Positions 56,910 through 64,000 of a DNA stretch of 64,000 nucleotides are shown here, in pieces; positions within the stretch are counted from its first letter, which is position 1, and every line of letters starts with the position of its first letter. The notes below the pieces were generated by a model. The model made no database searches and was not told the DNA's origin. It saw nothing but the letters and a program-made list of their open reading frames with translations. The position numbers were made by a program, and so were the translations under genes. Source of the DNA: Candidatus Multivoradales bacterium (GTDB lineage: Bacteria > Acidobacteriota > Thermoanaerobaculia > Multivoradales > JAHEKO01); NCBI GenBank assembly GCA_965223855.1, contig CBDCXM010000009.1, positions 1,888,001-1,952,000 on the forward strand, in the 5' to 3' direction.

Positions 56910-59135
56910 TCAGGCCGGCGGGACGACTTCCACCGTCGCCTCGCAGAGGGTCTCGCCGTTGCGGTTTGAGAACCACGCCACACCCTCCCGGACGATGTCG
57001 AACTGCAGGGTGTACGTCCCGGGCTCGGTCGGCGCCTCGACCTGAAGCAGGGCGCCGGTCCGATCGCCGACCTTCGCATTGCCGGGGAGGCGTGTCCGGA
57101 TCCCCTCGAAGTGAGTGACCTCGCCGTCTCTCACCCAGTGGTAGGAGAGGGTGACCCGGGTCAGCCCGTGGGCCGGCCATTCGATGACGCCGAGATTCCT
57201 GACGTGGGCCTCGGCGCGGAACTTGTCACCCGCGGTGACGATCGCCGGCGCCTCGCACGACAGCCACTCGACGGTGAACGCGTCGTCCGAATAGACCTTG
57301 GAGCGCGGGCCGAGATAGCGGACGCCGGCGCCGAAGTAGCTGCGCCACTGGAGCTGACCGTCGCGGCCCCTCGGAACGACGCCGCGAGCCGGGGTGACGG
57401 TGAGGTGGTAGAGCGCCGATGCCGGTTTGTCGTCGGGCACGATGTGGACGGGACGGTAGGGCTCCGGGTTCGAAGGTGTCAGCTCGACGATCTGCACATC
57501 GTCGGAGCGATCCTCCGGCGTGAAGAGGACGGTGACCTCTTCGTCGCCGATCGACAGGGTCACCTCGTTCTCTGCCGCCAGGCTCCGCACCTCGAACAGC
57601 ACCGGCTCGAGAATCGGCGCCCGGTTGACCATCCACACCTCGGCCGCGAGATTGCCGTAGAAAATCATCTCGTCGCCGGCGACCGTCATGGCGTCTTTGC
57701 GGCCGCGGAACCACACTCTGTCGACCGTCACCCCGCGATACCCGGGGATCGCCGACTGGATGGTCTTCTCGACCGGGAACAGCCGGTAGGCGGGGCCGCG
57801 GACGTGGGACTGCAGTGTCGCCTCGCGCACCGGAGAGCCGAGCGGCTGGAAGACGAGCACTCCGAGGAGCAGCCCGCCGGCGGCGAACCCCGGCAGCAGG
57901 GCCCACCGCGGCCGGATCTGCGTCACGAGGAAAAGGAAGGCGGGGTAGGCCGAGACGAAGTAGCGGTTGCCGACGAATCCCGCTCCGCCGTGCCAGTTGA
58001 ACGGAATCCAGACGAGATAGAAGGCCGCCAGCCCGGCCGCCGCGGCGAGGACCGACCAGCGCGTCGAGTCGCGCAGGCCGTGGACCAGGAACAGAATGAT
58101 CGCCAGCACGGCGAACGGCAGATAGACGACGAAGCCGGTGTGGCGCCCCCAGAGGAACGAGCCGAGACTGCTCAACGTCTTCTTCGCCTTGAACTCCGGC
58201 AGGCGCCACAGCCAGGACCACGACTTGTCGGTCTTGAGATCTTCCAACACCTCCTCGCTCTGCACCTGGAGTGGCTCTACCTCCGGGTCGGTGATCCGGA
58301 AGCCGGTGCGCTGAACGCCCAGGTAGGCGCTCGGGTGACCGGTCAGGGCGACCGCGAGGCCTGCGAAGATCCCCATCGAGATCGCCGCGGCCAGCAGCCA
58401 GCAGACGAGCTGTCGCCAGTTCCTCCTGCTCAGAAGAGCCCAGACGACGGGGACCCCCATGATCGCCATCATCGGCTTGTGGTAGGTGGCGGCGGCGATC
58501 CCCGCAGCGGAGAGCGACAGGCGCACGACGGGGTGGGCGACGGCGGCGAGCATCCGGCTCCACAGCCCGCCCCAGCTCGGCCTCGACGGCGCCGAGGTGA
58601 GGCCGAAGTAGAGGCCGACGCACACTCCGAACGCCATGAAGACCTCCGGGTGCATCCAGAAGACGTAGGGGAAGAGGCCGCTGACGACGAAGAACCCGGT
58701 CGAGAAGAGCGCCGCCAGCCCCTCGCCGTTGAACCGCCTGAGGTAGCAGGTCCCCATCCAGATCATCGCTGCGAAGAGCAGGACGTTGAATGCCACCATG
58801 CCGTCGGCGCCGAAGAAGTGGGCAAGCGGTGCGGCCAGCATCGAGTAGAGGTAGGGCTTGCCGAAGTAGGTCGTCCGCCAGCCGTCGTCGGTCATGACGA
58901 TCGTGTTGTCGATCGGCAGGAACGGGAAGTCGTTGACGGCGCGGCGGCGATCCTCGACGTTGCACTCGAGATCGCCGTCGTGGGTGAGGCTGAGCGCCAT
59001 CAGGTAGTACGACGGCTCGTCCGCCTTGAACGTCAGCGGCATGCCGGGCTTCCCGACGCCGAGCGGGAAGAGGAAGAGGAACGCCGTCAGGCAGGCGAAG
59101 ACGAGGGGGACGAGGCGTTGGCGGGAGGCGTTCAT
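56910..59135 (-). CDS. Polytopic membrane protein, probable GT-C glycosyltransferase with C-terminal Ig-like domain
   Basis: First-loop ADE..YY..A.SL..DGD, many TM helices, GNRY, C-terminal LSYHW...PGTYTLQFDIV.EGVAWF. Confidence 0.65.
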   Translation of the reverse strand: MNASRQRLVPLVFACLTAFLFLFPLGVGKPGMPLTFKADEPSYYLMALSLTHDGDLECNVEDRRRAVNDFPFLPIDNTIVMTDDGWRTTYFGKPYLYSMLAAPLAHFFGADGMVAFNVLLFAAMIWMGTCYLRRFNGEGLAALFSTGFFVVSGLFPYVFWMHPEVFMAFGVCVGLYFGLTSAPSRPSWGGLWSRMLAAVAHPVVRLSLSAAGIAAATYHKPMMAIMGVPVVWALLSRRNWRQLVCWLLAAAISMGIFAGLAVALTGHPSAYLGVQRTGFRITDPEVEPLQVQSEEVLEDLKTDKSWSWLWRLPEFKAKKTLSSLGSFLWGRHTGFVVYLPFAVLAIILFLVHGLRDSTRWSVLAAAAGLAAFYLVWIPFNWHGGAGFVGNRYFVSAYPAFLFLVTQIRPRWALLPGFAAGGLLLGVLVFQPLGSPVREATLQSHVRGPAYRLFPVEKTIQSAIPGYRGVTVDRVWFRGRKDAMTVAGDEMIFYGNLAAEVWMVNRAPILEPVLFEVRSLAAENEVTLSIGDEEVTVLFTPEDRSDDVQIVELTPSNPEPYRPVHIVPDDKPASALYHLTVTPARGVVPRGRDGQLQWRSYFGAGVRYLGPRSKVYSDDAFTVEWLSCEAPAIVTAGDKFRAEAHVRNLGVIEWPAHGLTRVTLSYHWVRDGEVTHFEGIRTRLPGNAKVGDRTGALLQVEAPTEPGTYTLQFDIVREGVAWFSNRNGETLCEATVEVVPPA

Positions 59136-59143
59136 CGGCGGGG

Positions 59144-60580
59144 TCAGGCGGTGTCACCCTCGGTGGCGGCGACCGGATCCCGCAGGAACGCCTTGAAGTG
59201 CGGGCCGTGCCGGAGCCAGGAGAATGCCAGGACGGCGACGAGCGCCACGAGTGAGACGGCGAAGCGTGTCCAGGGATCGTCCACGAGCCGGGTGACGAGC
59301 AGAAATACTAGCGTCGGGACGAGATAAATCAAGGCGATGTCGGAGGCGAGACGACGGAAGCCGGCCGGCGCCAGCCGGTAGAGAAAGACGGCGATCACGA
59401 CGCTGCCGATCGGCAGGTAGTTGGCCCACGCCATCCCGATCGGCCCGAAGCGCAGCGTCGCCCAGGCGCCGCCGATGCCGAACGCGGCGAGGGTGAGCAG
59501 GTTGGAGACGATCCACACCCGGTCCTTGTGGAGGGTCTTGAGCACCTCGCCTCCGAGACGGCCGATCGGCTCGATCAGCGGGGCGAAACACAGCACCGTG
59601 AGGAAGGTCGGCGCGATCTCCCACTGAGGGCCACCGAGGATGCGGAGCGTCGTCGTCGGATTGGCGAACAGAAACCAGGCGATCGGTGCCTGGATGGAGA
59701 CGACCAACACGGTCGCCAGGCGGTAGGCCTCGAACAACTGCTTCGGGTAGCGGCGGAAGGCGACCAGCGCCGGGTATAGGGTCCGGGTGATCGCCGGCGT
59801 CAGGATCGTGTGGGCTAGGAAGGCGCGCGAATAGGCGAACTCATACTGTCCGAGGGTCCCGGCGTCGCTGAGGTTGCCGACGATGAAGACGTCGATACGA
59901 TCGATGAGGATGATGAGGAACCAGATGAGGGCGAGCGGCCAGCTTCTGGCGACGAGCGACCAGGTGCCGGAGCTTCCCAGGGTGAGCGGCATCACCCCCC
60001 AGGCGCGGCGCCACAGCAGGGCGGCATAGACCGCCGCCGCTGCGATCTGGGCGATGACGAGGCTCCAGACACCATAGTCGAGCCGGGCGGCGGTGACGGC
60101 GACGACCGCCATCGTGAGATTGCGGACGATCTCGGGCATGACCGCGCGGCCGACGGCGAGCTCGCTTTCGAACCACACCTTCGGCACCTGCGACAGCCCC
60201 TCGAGGAAGAGGAACACGGTCATCGCCCTCAGCACCGGGATGACGTCCGGGCGCGCCTCCCGGAACCCTTCGGCGAGCCACGGGGCGGCGAACCAGACGC
60301 CGACCACCAGGGCAGCGCCCCACACCAGTTCGAGCCGCAGGAGGCTGCCGAACGGCCGCTCGTCGTCCCGGACGACGTGGTAGACGAGGCCGAGGTCGCG
60401 CACCGCCCCGAGGACGAGGAAGGCGGTGAACGCCCACTGGTAGAGGCCGTGATCGGCGTCCGGGATCCAACGTCTGAGAAGGAGATCGACCCCGAACGCG
60501 ACGCCGACGCGCACGAACAGCGACAGCGCCGCCGCGCCGGCGGAGCGGTAGAAGCGCTCGGCGGTGTTGCGCGAGTTCAA
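59144..60580 (-). CDS. Oligosaccharide flippase (Wzx-like)
   Basis: Many TM helices; DLGL, YGVWSLV.AQ, D.FIVG...LGQY.FAY, LYPA. Confidence 0.85.
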   Translation of the reverse strand: MNSRNTAERFYRSAGAAALSLFVRVGVAFGVDLLLRRWIPDADHGLYQWAFTAFLVLGAVRDLGLVYHVVRDDERPFGSLLRLELVWGAALVVGVWFAAPWLAEGFREARPDVIPVLRAMTVFLFLEGLSQVPKVWFESELAVGRAVMPEIVRNLTMAVVAVTAARLDYGVWSLVIAQIAAAAVYAALLWRRAWGVMPLTLGSSGTWSLVARSWPLALIWFLIILIDRIDVFIVGNLSDAGTLGQYEFAYSRAFLAHTILTPAITRTLYPALVAFRRYPKQLFEAYRLATVLVVSIQAPIAWFLFANPTTTLRILGGPQWEIAPTFLTVLCFAPLIEPIGRLGGEVLKTLHKDRVWIVSNLLTLAAFGIGGAWATLRFGPIGMAWANYLPIGSVVIAVFLYRLAPAGFRRLASDIALIYLVPTLVFLLVTRLVDDPWTRFAVSLVALVAVLAFSWLRHGPHFKAFLRDPVAATEGDTA

Positions 60581-60616
60581 GGGGTCCGCAGCGGCGAGCT
60601 GGTGAGAAGGCCCGGG

Positions 60617-60997
60617 CTAGCCGGGAAGACTTCTGCGCACGGCCTTGTAGGTGCCGTAGCTTTCCATCGTGTCGCGGAAGTGGCCGTTGACGGCGACGAT
60701 GTCGTCCTCGTTGCCGAAGGCGCCGTCGGGGCCGGCGGAGATCAGCAGATAGAGGTCGCTGCGGGGGGTCATGTAGAAGAGGTCCTTGCCCCAGGCGTCG
60801 GTGCGCGACAGGTGAGCGCGCATCGCCGGGTCGATGTCCGCCAGTCGCTCGGGGAACTTGTTGTGCTTGGAGGTTGCGACCTCGACCTGCAGCACCTCTG
60901 CCCAGCCGTCGATCACCACTCTCGTGCTCCGGTCCGCGCCGCCGCATGCCGCGAGCAGCGCCAGGCTCGCCACTGCCGCGAAAGTCGTCTTCTTCAT
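60617..60997 (-). CDS. Lipoprotein with a GspG (T2SS pseudopilin) C-terminal-like domain
   Basis: MKKTTFAAVASLALLAAC lipobox; DAWG..LFY...LISAGPDG.FG.EDDI; RBS GGAAAGGA. Confidence 0.7.
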   Translation of the reverse strand: MKKTTFAAVASLALLAACGGADRSTRVVIDGWAEVLQVEVATSKHNKFPERLADIDPAMRAHLSRTDAWGKDLFYMTPRSDLYLLISAGPDGAFGNEDDIVAVNGHFRDTMESYGTYKAVRRSLPG

Positions 60998-61028
60998 CGT
61001 GTCGGTCCTTTCCGTAGGCCGGCGCCGG

Positions 61029-62516
61029 TCAGGCATGGGTCCTCACCAGCTCCAGCAGTTCCCGTTTCTGTTCTTCCGGCAGCTCGGGATCGCGGCTGAG
61101 CTTCGCACACAAATCGACCGCGCCGGGGATCGACGCGTGGACGGCTGTCCTGACGAATCGCAGGTAGAGCCCCTGAGGGGGGTCGGCGCCGAGAGCCCGT
61201 TGAGCCACCAGGAGGAGACGAACCGCTTCTGCGTGCTCTCCTTCGAACTGCAGCAGCGCTTCGGCCATGCGGACGGCGAAGTCGGCCGGCGGCTCGAAGT
61301 CGGGCAGCTCGTGCGTAAGATCGAGCCAGGCGGGGACGGCGATCTCGAGCTCCCTGCGCTGGAGCTGCCCATGGAGCACCCGCAGAAGCGCCGGGGCCAC
61401 TTCAGCCGTCCGTCCTGCGTCTCGCGCGAGGTCCCACCAGCGAAGGACGAGGTCGGCGCTCGCTCCCGGCTTCGCGGCTTCGTTTGCCAGAAACGCCCAG
61501 GCGGCGTCTCCGCCATCGCGCTCCTCGAGTTGGAAGGAGGCCTCGATGGCGCGTTCCTCGATGTCTCCGGTGTCGGCGGCGATCGCGTCTTCGACCCACC
61601 GCTCCTCGATCTTCGACACTCTGATGACGAGCGCCGCCACCGCGCCGAAGCCGAAACCGTAGAGATGCGCCCACGTGGCGACGCCGCCTCCGGTCATCGT
61701 GTGGGGCTCGATCCACGTCGCCATCGCCAGTTCGCGCGCCGCCCACAGGCCGAGCATCAACCAGGCGGGCGCGTAGAAGGTCCCGGTGCGGATCCGGAGG
61801 ATGATCCACAGCACGTAGAAGAAGCGCATGCGCGTCTTCCAGAAGCGCACCATGAAGGCGCCCATGAGTCCGGCGATGGCGCCGGAGGCGCCGATCACCG
61901 GCACCGGCGAGCTCGGGTAGCGCGCTACCCAAAGGGCCGCCGCCGCCAGGCCGCAGAGAAGGTAGAAGGCGGCGAAGAGCGGGCGGCCCCAGACGTCCTC
62001 GAGCGGTGAGGCGAGCAGCCAGAAGAAGAGGAGGTTGCCCGCCAGGTGGAGGATTCCGGCGTGGACGAACATGTAGGTGACGAACGTCGCGGGTCGTGAC
62101 TCCGCGGGCGTCAGCCCGAGGGCGTAGGCGGGCACTCTCCTGCGTTGGCGTCGCCACTCGGCTGTCAGCTCGTCGAGGCGCCGCTGGTCCGCCTCACGCT
62201 CTTCCGCCGTCGGGCCCTCTTCGCCGTAGCTCGAGGCCTCGTAGTCGCTCCAGTCCCACGACTCCCAGGCCTCGCGACGTTCTTCGAGTATCACTTCGGT
62301 GCTGTCGAAGAGGAACCGCTCGTCCGGGACGACGTGCGGGTGGGACCCCGCGAAGTCGAGGACGGCGACGGCAGCTTCCCGGGTGCGGTTCTCGGCGGCC
62401 CGTCCGAGGAGGGCGGTGAGGGCGAAGACGGCAAGGCAGAGTGCAGCGATCGTCGTCGAGACGATCGGCCAGCGCCGCAGTTCGTCTTCTTCGTGGCCTA
62501 TCGGCAGCAGGAACAC
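61029..62516 (-). CDS. Rhomboid-family intramembrane serine protease with extra soluble domains
   Basis: MFVHAG.LHLAGN, IGASGA catalytic Ser, AHLYGF catalytic His. Confidence 0.9.
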   Translation of the reverse strand: MFLLPIGHEEDELRRWPIVSTTIAALCLAVFALTALLGRAAENRTREAAVAVLDFAGSHPHVVPDERFLFDSTEVILEERREAWESWDWSDYEASSYGEEGPTAEEREADQRRLDELTAEWRRQRRRVPAYALGLTPAESRPATFVTYMFVHAGILHLAGNLLFFWLLASPLEDVWGRPLFAAFYLLCGLAAAALWVARYPSSPVPVIGASGAIAGLMGAFMVRFWKTRMRFFYVLWIILRIRTGTFYAPAWLMLGLWAARELAMATWIEPHTMTGGGVATWAHLYGFGFGAVAALVIRVSKIEERWVEDAIAADTGDIEERAIEASFQLEERDGGDAAWAFLANEAAKPGASADLVLRWWDLARDAGRTAEVAPALLRVLHGQLQRRELEIAVPAWLDLTHELPDFEPPADFAVRMAEALLQFEGEHAEAVRLLLVAQRALGADPPQGLYLRFVRTAVHASIPGAVDLCAKLSRDPELPEEQKRELLELVRTHA

Positions 62517-62580
62517 GGCTGGAACTCTCTAGCCTGAGCTTCTCACCGGGTTGCTGGTGTGGAGGTTCAGGCTGGTCTTC

Positions 62581-62616
62581 TTGTGGGACGAAGACTGTTT
62601 GTGGGGTGAAGACTGT
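62581..62616. promoter_or_regulatory. 18-bp direct repeat in a divergent intergenic region (candidate operator)
   Basis: TTGTGGGACGAAGACTGT followed by TTGTGGGGTGAAGACTGT (16/18 identical). Confidence 0.45.
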
Positions 62617-62655
62617 CACACAACCGGCTGCTACCATCCCGCCGGAGCCGGATCG

Positions 62656-63207
62656 ATGCCGTCGAACCTCGCCGAGGACACGCGCCGTCTGCGCGAGATC
62701 AAGAGCAAGCCGTTCCCCTGGTACGTGCTCGAGTCGTTGCTGTTCGAGAACGGCTACCAGGCGGTGGTGCTCCACCGGATCGCCCACTGGTTCCGCAGCC
62801 GCGGGATCCCGGTCCTGGGGCCGCTCTTCGCCAGGCTTTCGCTTTTCCTCACCGGCGTCGACATCGCGCCGGAGGCGGTGATCGGTCCCGGTTTCCGGAT
62901 CGCTCACGGCAACGGGCTGGTGATCGGCAACAAGGCGAGGATCGGAGCGCGGGCGACGCTGCTGCACCGGGTGACGATCGGGGCGCCTTCGACCCGGCGT
63001 CGCGGCGAGATGCCGACGGTGGGGGACGACGCCTTCATCGCCGCCGGAGCCTGCCTGATCGGCGGGATCGAGGTCGGAGACCGGGTCTTCATCGGCGTCA
63101 ACACGCTGGTTGCGGAGGACGTCCCGAGCGACGCCAAGGTGACGCAGCAAGGGCGGGCCGAGATCGAAGTGAGGCGTTCCGACTCCGACACCGCCCAGGC
63201 CGAATAG
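62656..63207 (+). CDS. Serine O-acetyltransferase-like hexapeptide-repeat acetyltransferase
   Basis: HRIAHW, TGVDIAPEAVIGPG..IAHG.G.VIG, VTIG, PTVGD; lacks the long CysE N-terminus. Confidence 0.8.
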   Translation: MPSNLAEDTRRLREIKSKPFPWYVLESLLFENGYQAVVLHRIAHWFRSRGIPVLGPLFARLSLFLTGVDIAPEAVIGPGFRIAHGNGLVIGNKARIGARATLLHRVTIGAPSTRRRGEMPTVGDDAFIAAGACLIGGIEVGDRVFIGVNTLVAEDVPSDAKVTQQGRAEIEVRRSDSDTAQAE

Positions 63208-63462
63208 CCGAGACGACTGCCGGAATACTCTTCGGCCGGGTGGCAGCCTCGAGCGGGTCGTCGCTTTCCGGGTAGACCGGCTATCAGGGGTCGCCATCGC
63301 CGGAGAGAGGGAGGATGGACTCCCCTCGATCAGGAAGGCGCTGTTTCAGCTTGTGGGCCTACTTGGAGCCCTTCGCCGCGAAGGTGCCGGAGTGTCCCCT
63401 AGTCCAGTCGAGAGTCGTCATCAGAATGAGCGCTCCTGCTCGACTTCAGGAAAGAGATCCCC

Positions 63463-64000
63463 ATGAGACGAATATGCCGCCCTTCTTCCCTCCGCGCGAC
63501 GCTGGCCGTCGCGCTCTTCTTCACCCCTCTTCTCGGAGCCGAGACGCCAACTGTCGACGTGCTCTCCCTAGCCGACGGGGAGCAGAGCCCGCGCGCTTCG
63601 ATCGGGGAGCTGTCGTGGCTCGCCGGCTACTGGCGCGGCTCGGGTCTCGGCGGCGATTGCGAGGAGCTCTGGACCGAGCCGATCGGCGACCGGATGATGG
63701 GGCTCTTCCACCTCGCCAGGGAGGGTGAAGCGGTCTTCTCCGAGCACATGATGCTCGTCGAGACCGGCGGCTCACTGGCGCTCTACGTCAAGCACTTCAG
63801 CGGCGATTTCGTCGCCTGGGAGGACAAGGAGGGGAAAGTCGTCTTCCCGCTCGTCCGTATGGGGGAGCGCACCGCCTGGTTCAGCGGTCTGACGCTCCAC
63901 CAGCCCGATCCGGACTCGCTGATCGTCGTCGTGCGCCTGCACCGGGGTGAGTCGGTCAGCGACGAGCGCTTCGTTTTCGAACGAATCCGAGTGGACGGCT
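63463..64000 (+). CDS. DUF6265-like exported protein (stop beyond the window edge)
   Basis: Manual translation: signal peptide then LSWLAGYWRG.GLGG.CEELW..P.GD.MMG, VKHF..D...WE. Confidence 0.7.
   Translation, partial: MRRICRPSSLRATLAVALFFTPLLGAETPTVDVLSLADGEQSPRASIGELSWLAGYWRGSGLGGDCEELWTEPIGDRMMGLFHLAREGEAVFSEHMMLVETGGSLALYVKHFSGDFVAWEDKEGKVVFPLVRMGERTAWFSGLTLHQPDPDSLIVVVRLHRGESVSDERFVFERIRVDG

Overview
High-GC bacterial chromosomal window. Gene content (Oar-like TonB receptor, acidobacterial-type VWA proteins, many TPR and sulfatase-fold proteins, short pheT, FADGFESGD tail) suggests Acidobacteriota, possibly Thermoanaerobaculia; this is inference. Layout: 1-23 kb cell-envelope cluster (TonB-dependent receptor, TPR proteins, transglutaminase-TPR lipoprotein, DUF3179, two VWA paralogs, FG-GAP/ASPIC protein, two Thr-type sulfatase-TPR proteins, beta-helix protein). 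23-31 kb translation core (two tRNA-Val, thrS, site-2 protease, rpmI, rplT, pheS, pheT, zapB-like) with no infC in its usual place. 31-37 kb block splitting zapB from zapA (DUF4097, hydrazine-synthase-alpha-like di-heme protein, MITE, haloalkane dehalogenase, fabH). 37-41 kb zapA-6S RNA-rny-ymdB-GT2. 42-48 kb metabolic and exported proteins. 48-64 kb surface-glycan genes (rfbF, rfbACDB, and a rhomboid/GspG-like lipoprotein/Wzx/GT-C/sulfatase-fold operon). The most notable non-coding signal is two CTAG-flanked fold-back elements with unrelated terminal repeats that share a covarying internal hairpin; a separate inverted pair of structured modules lies upstream of rpmI. Frameshifts in pheT and rfbC and a missing stop in the dehalogenase look like indel errors. 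All calls are by eye, with no database searches.
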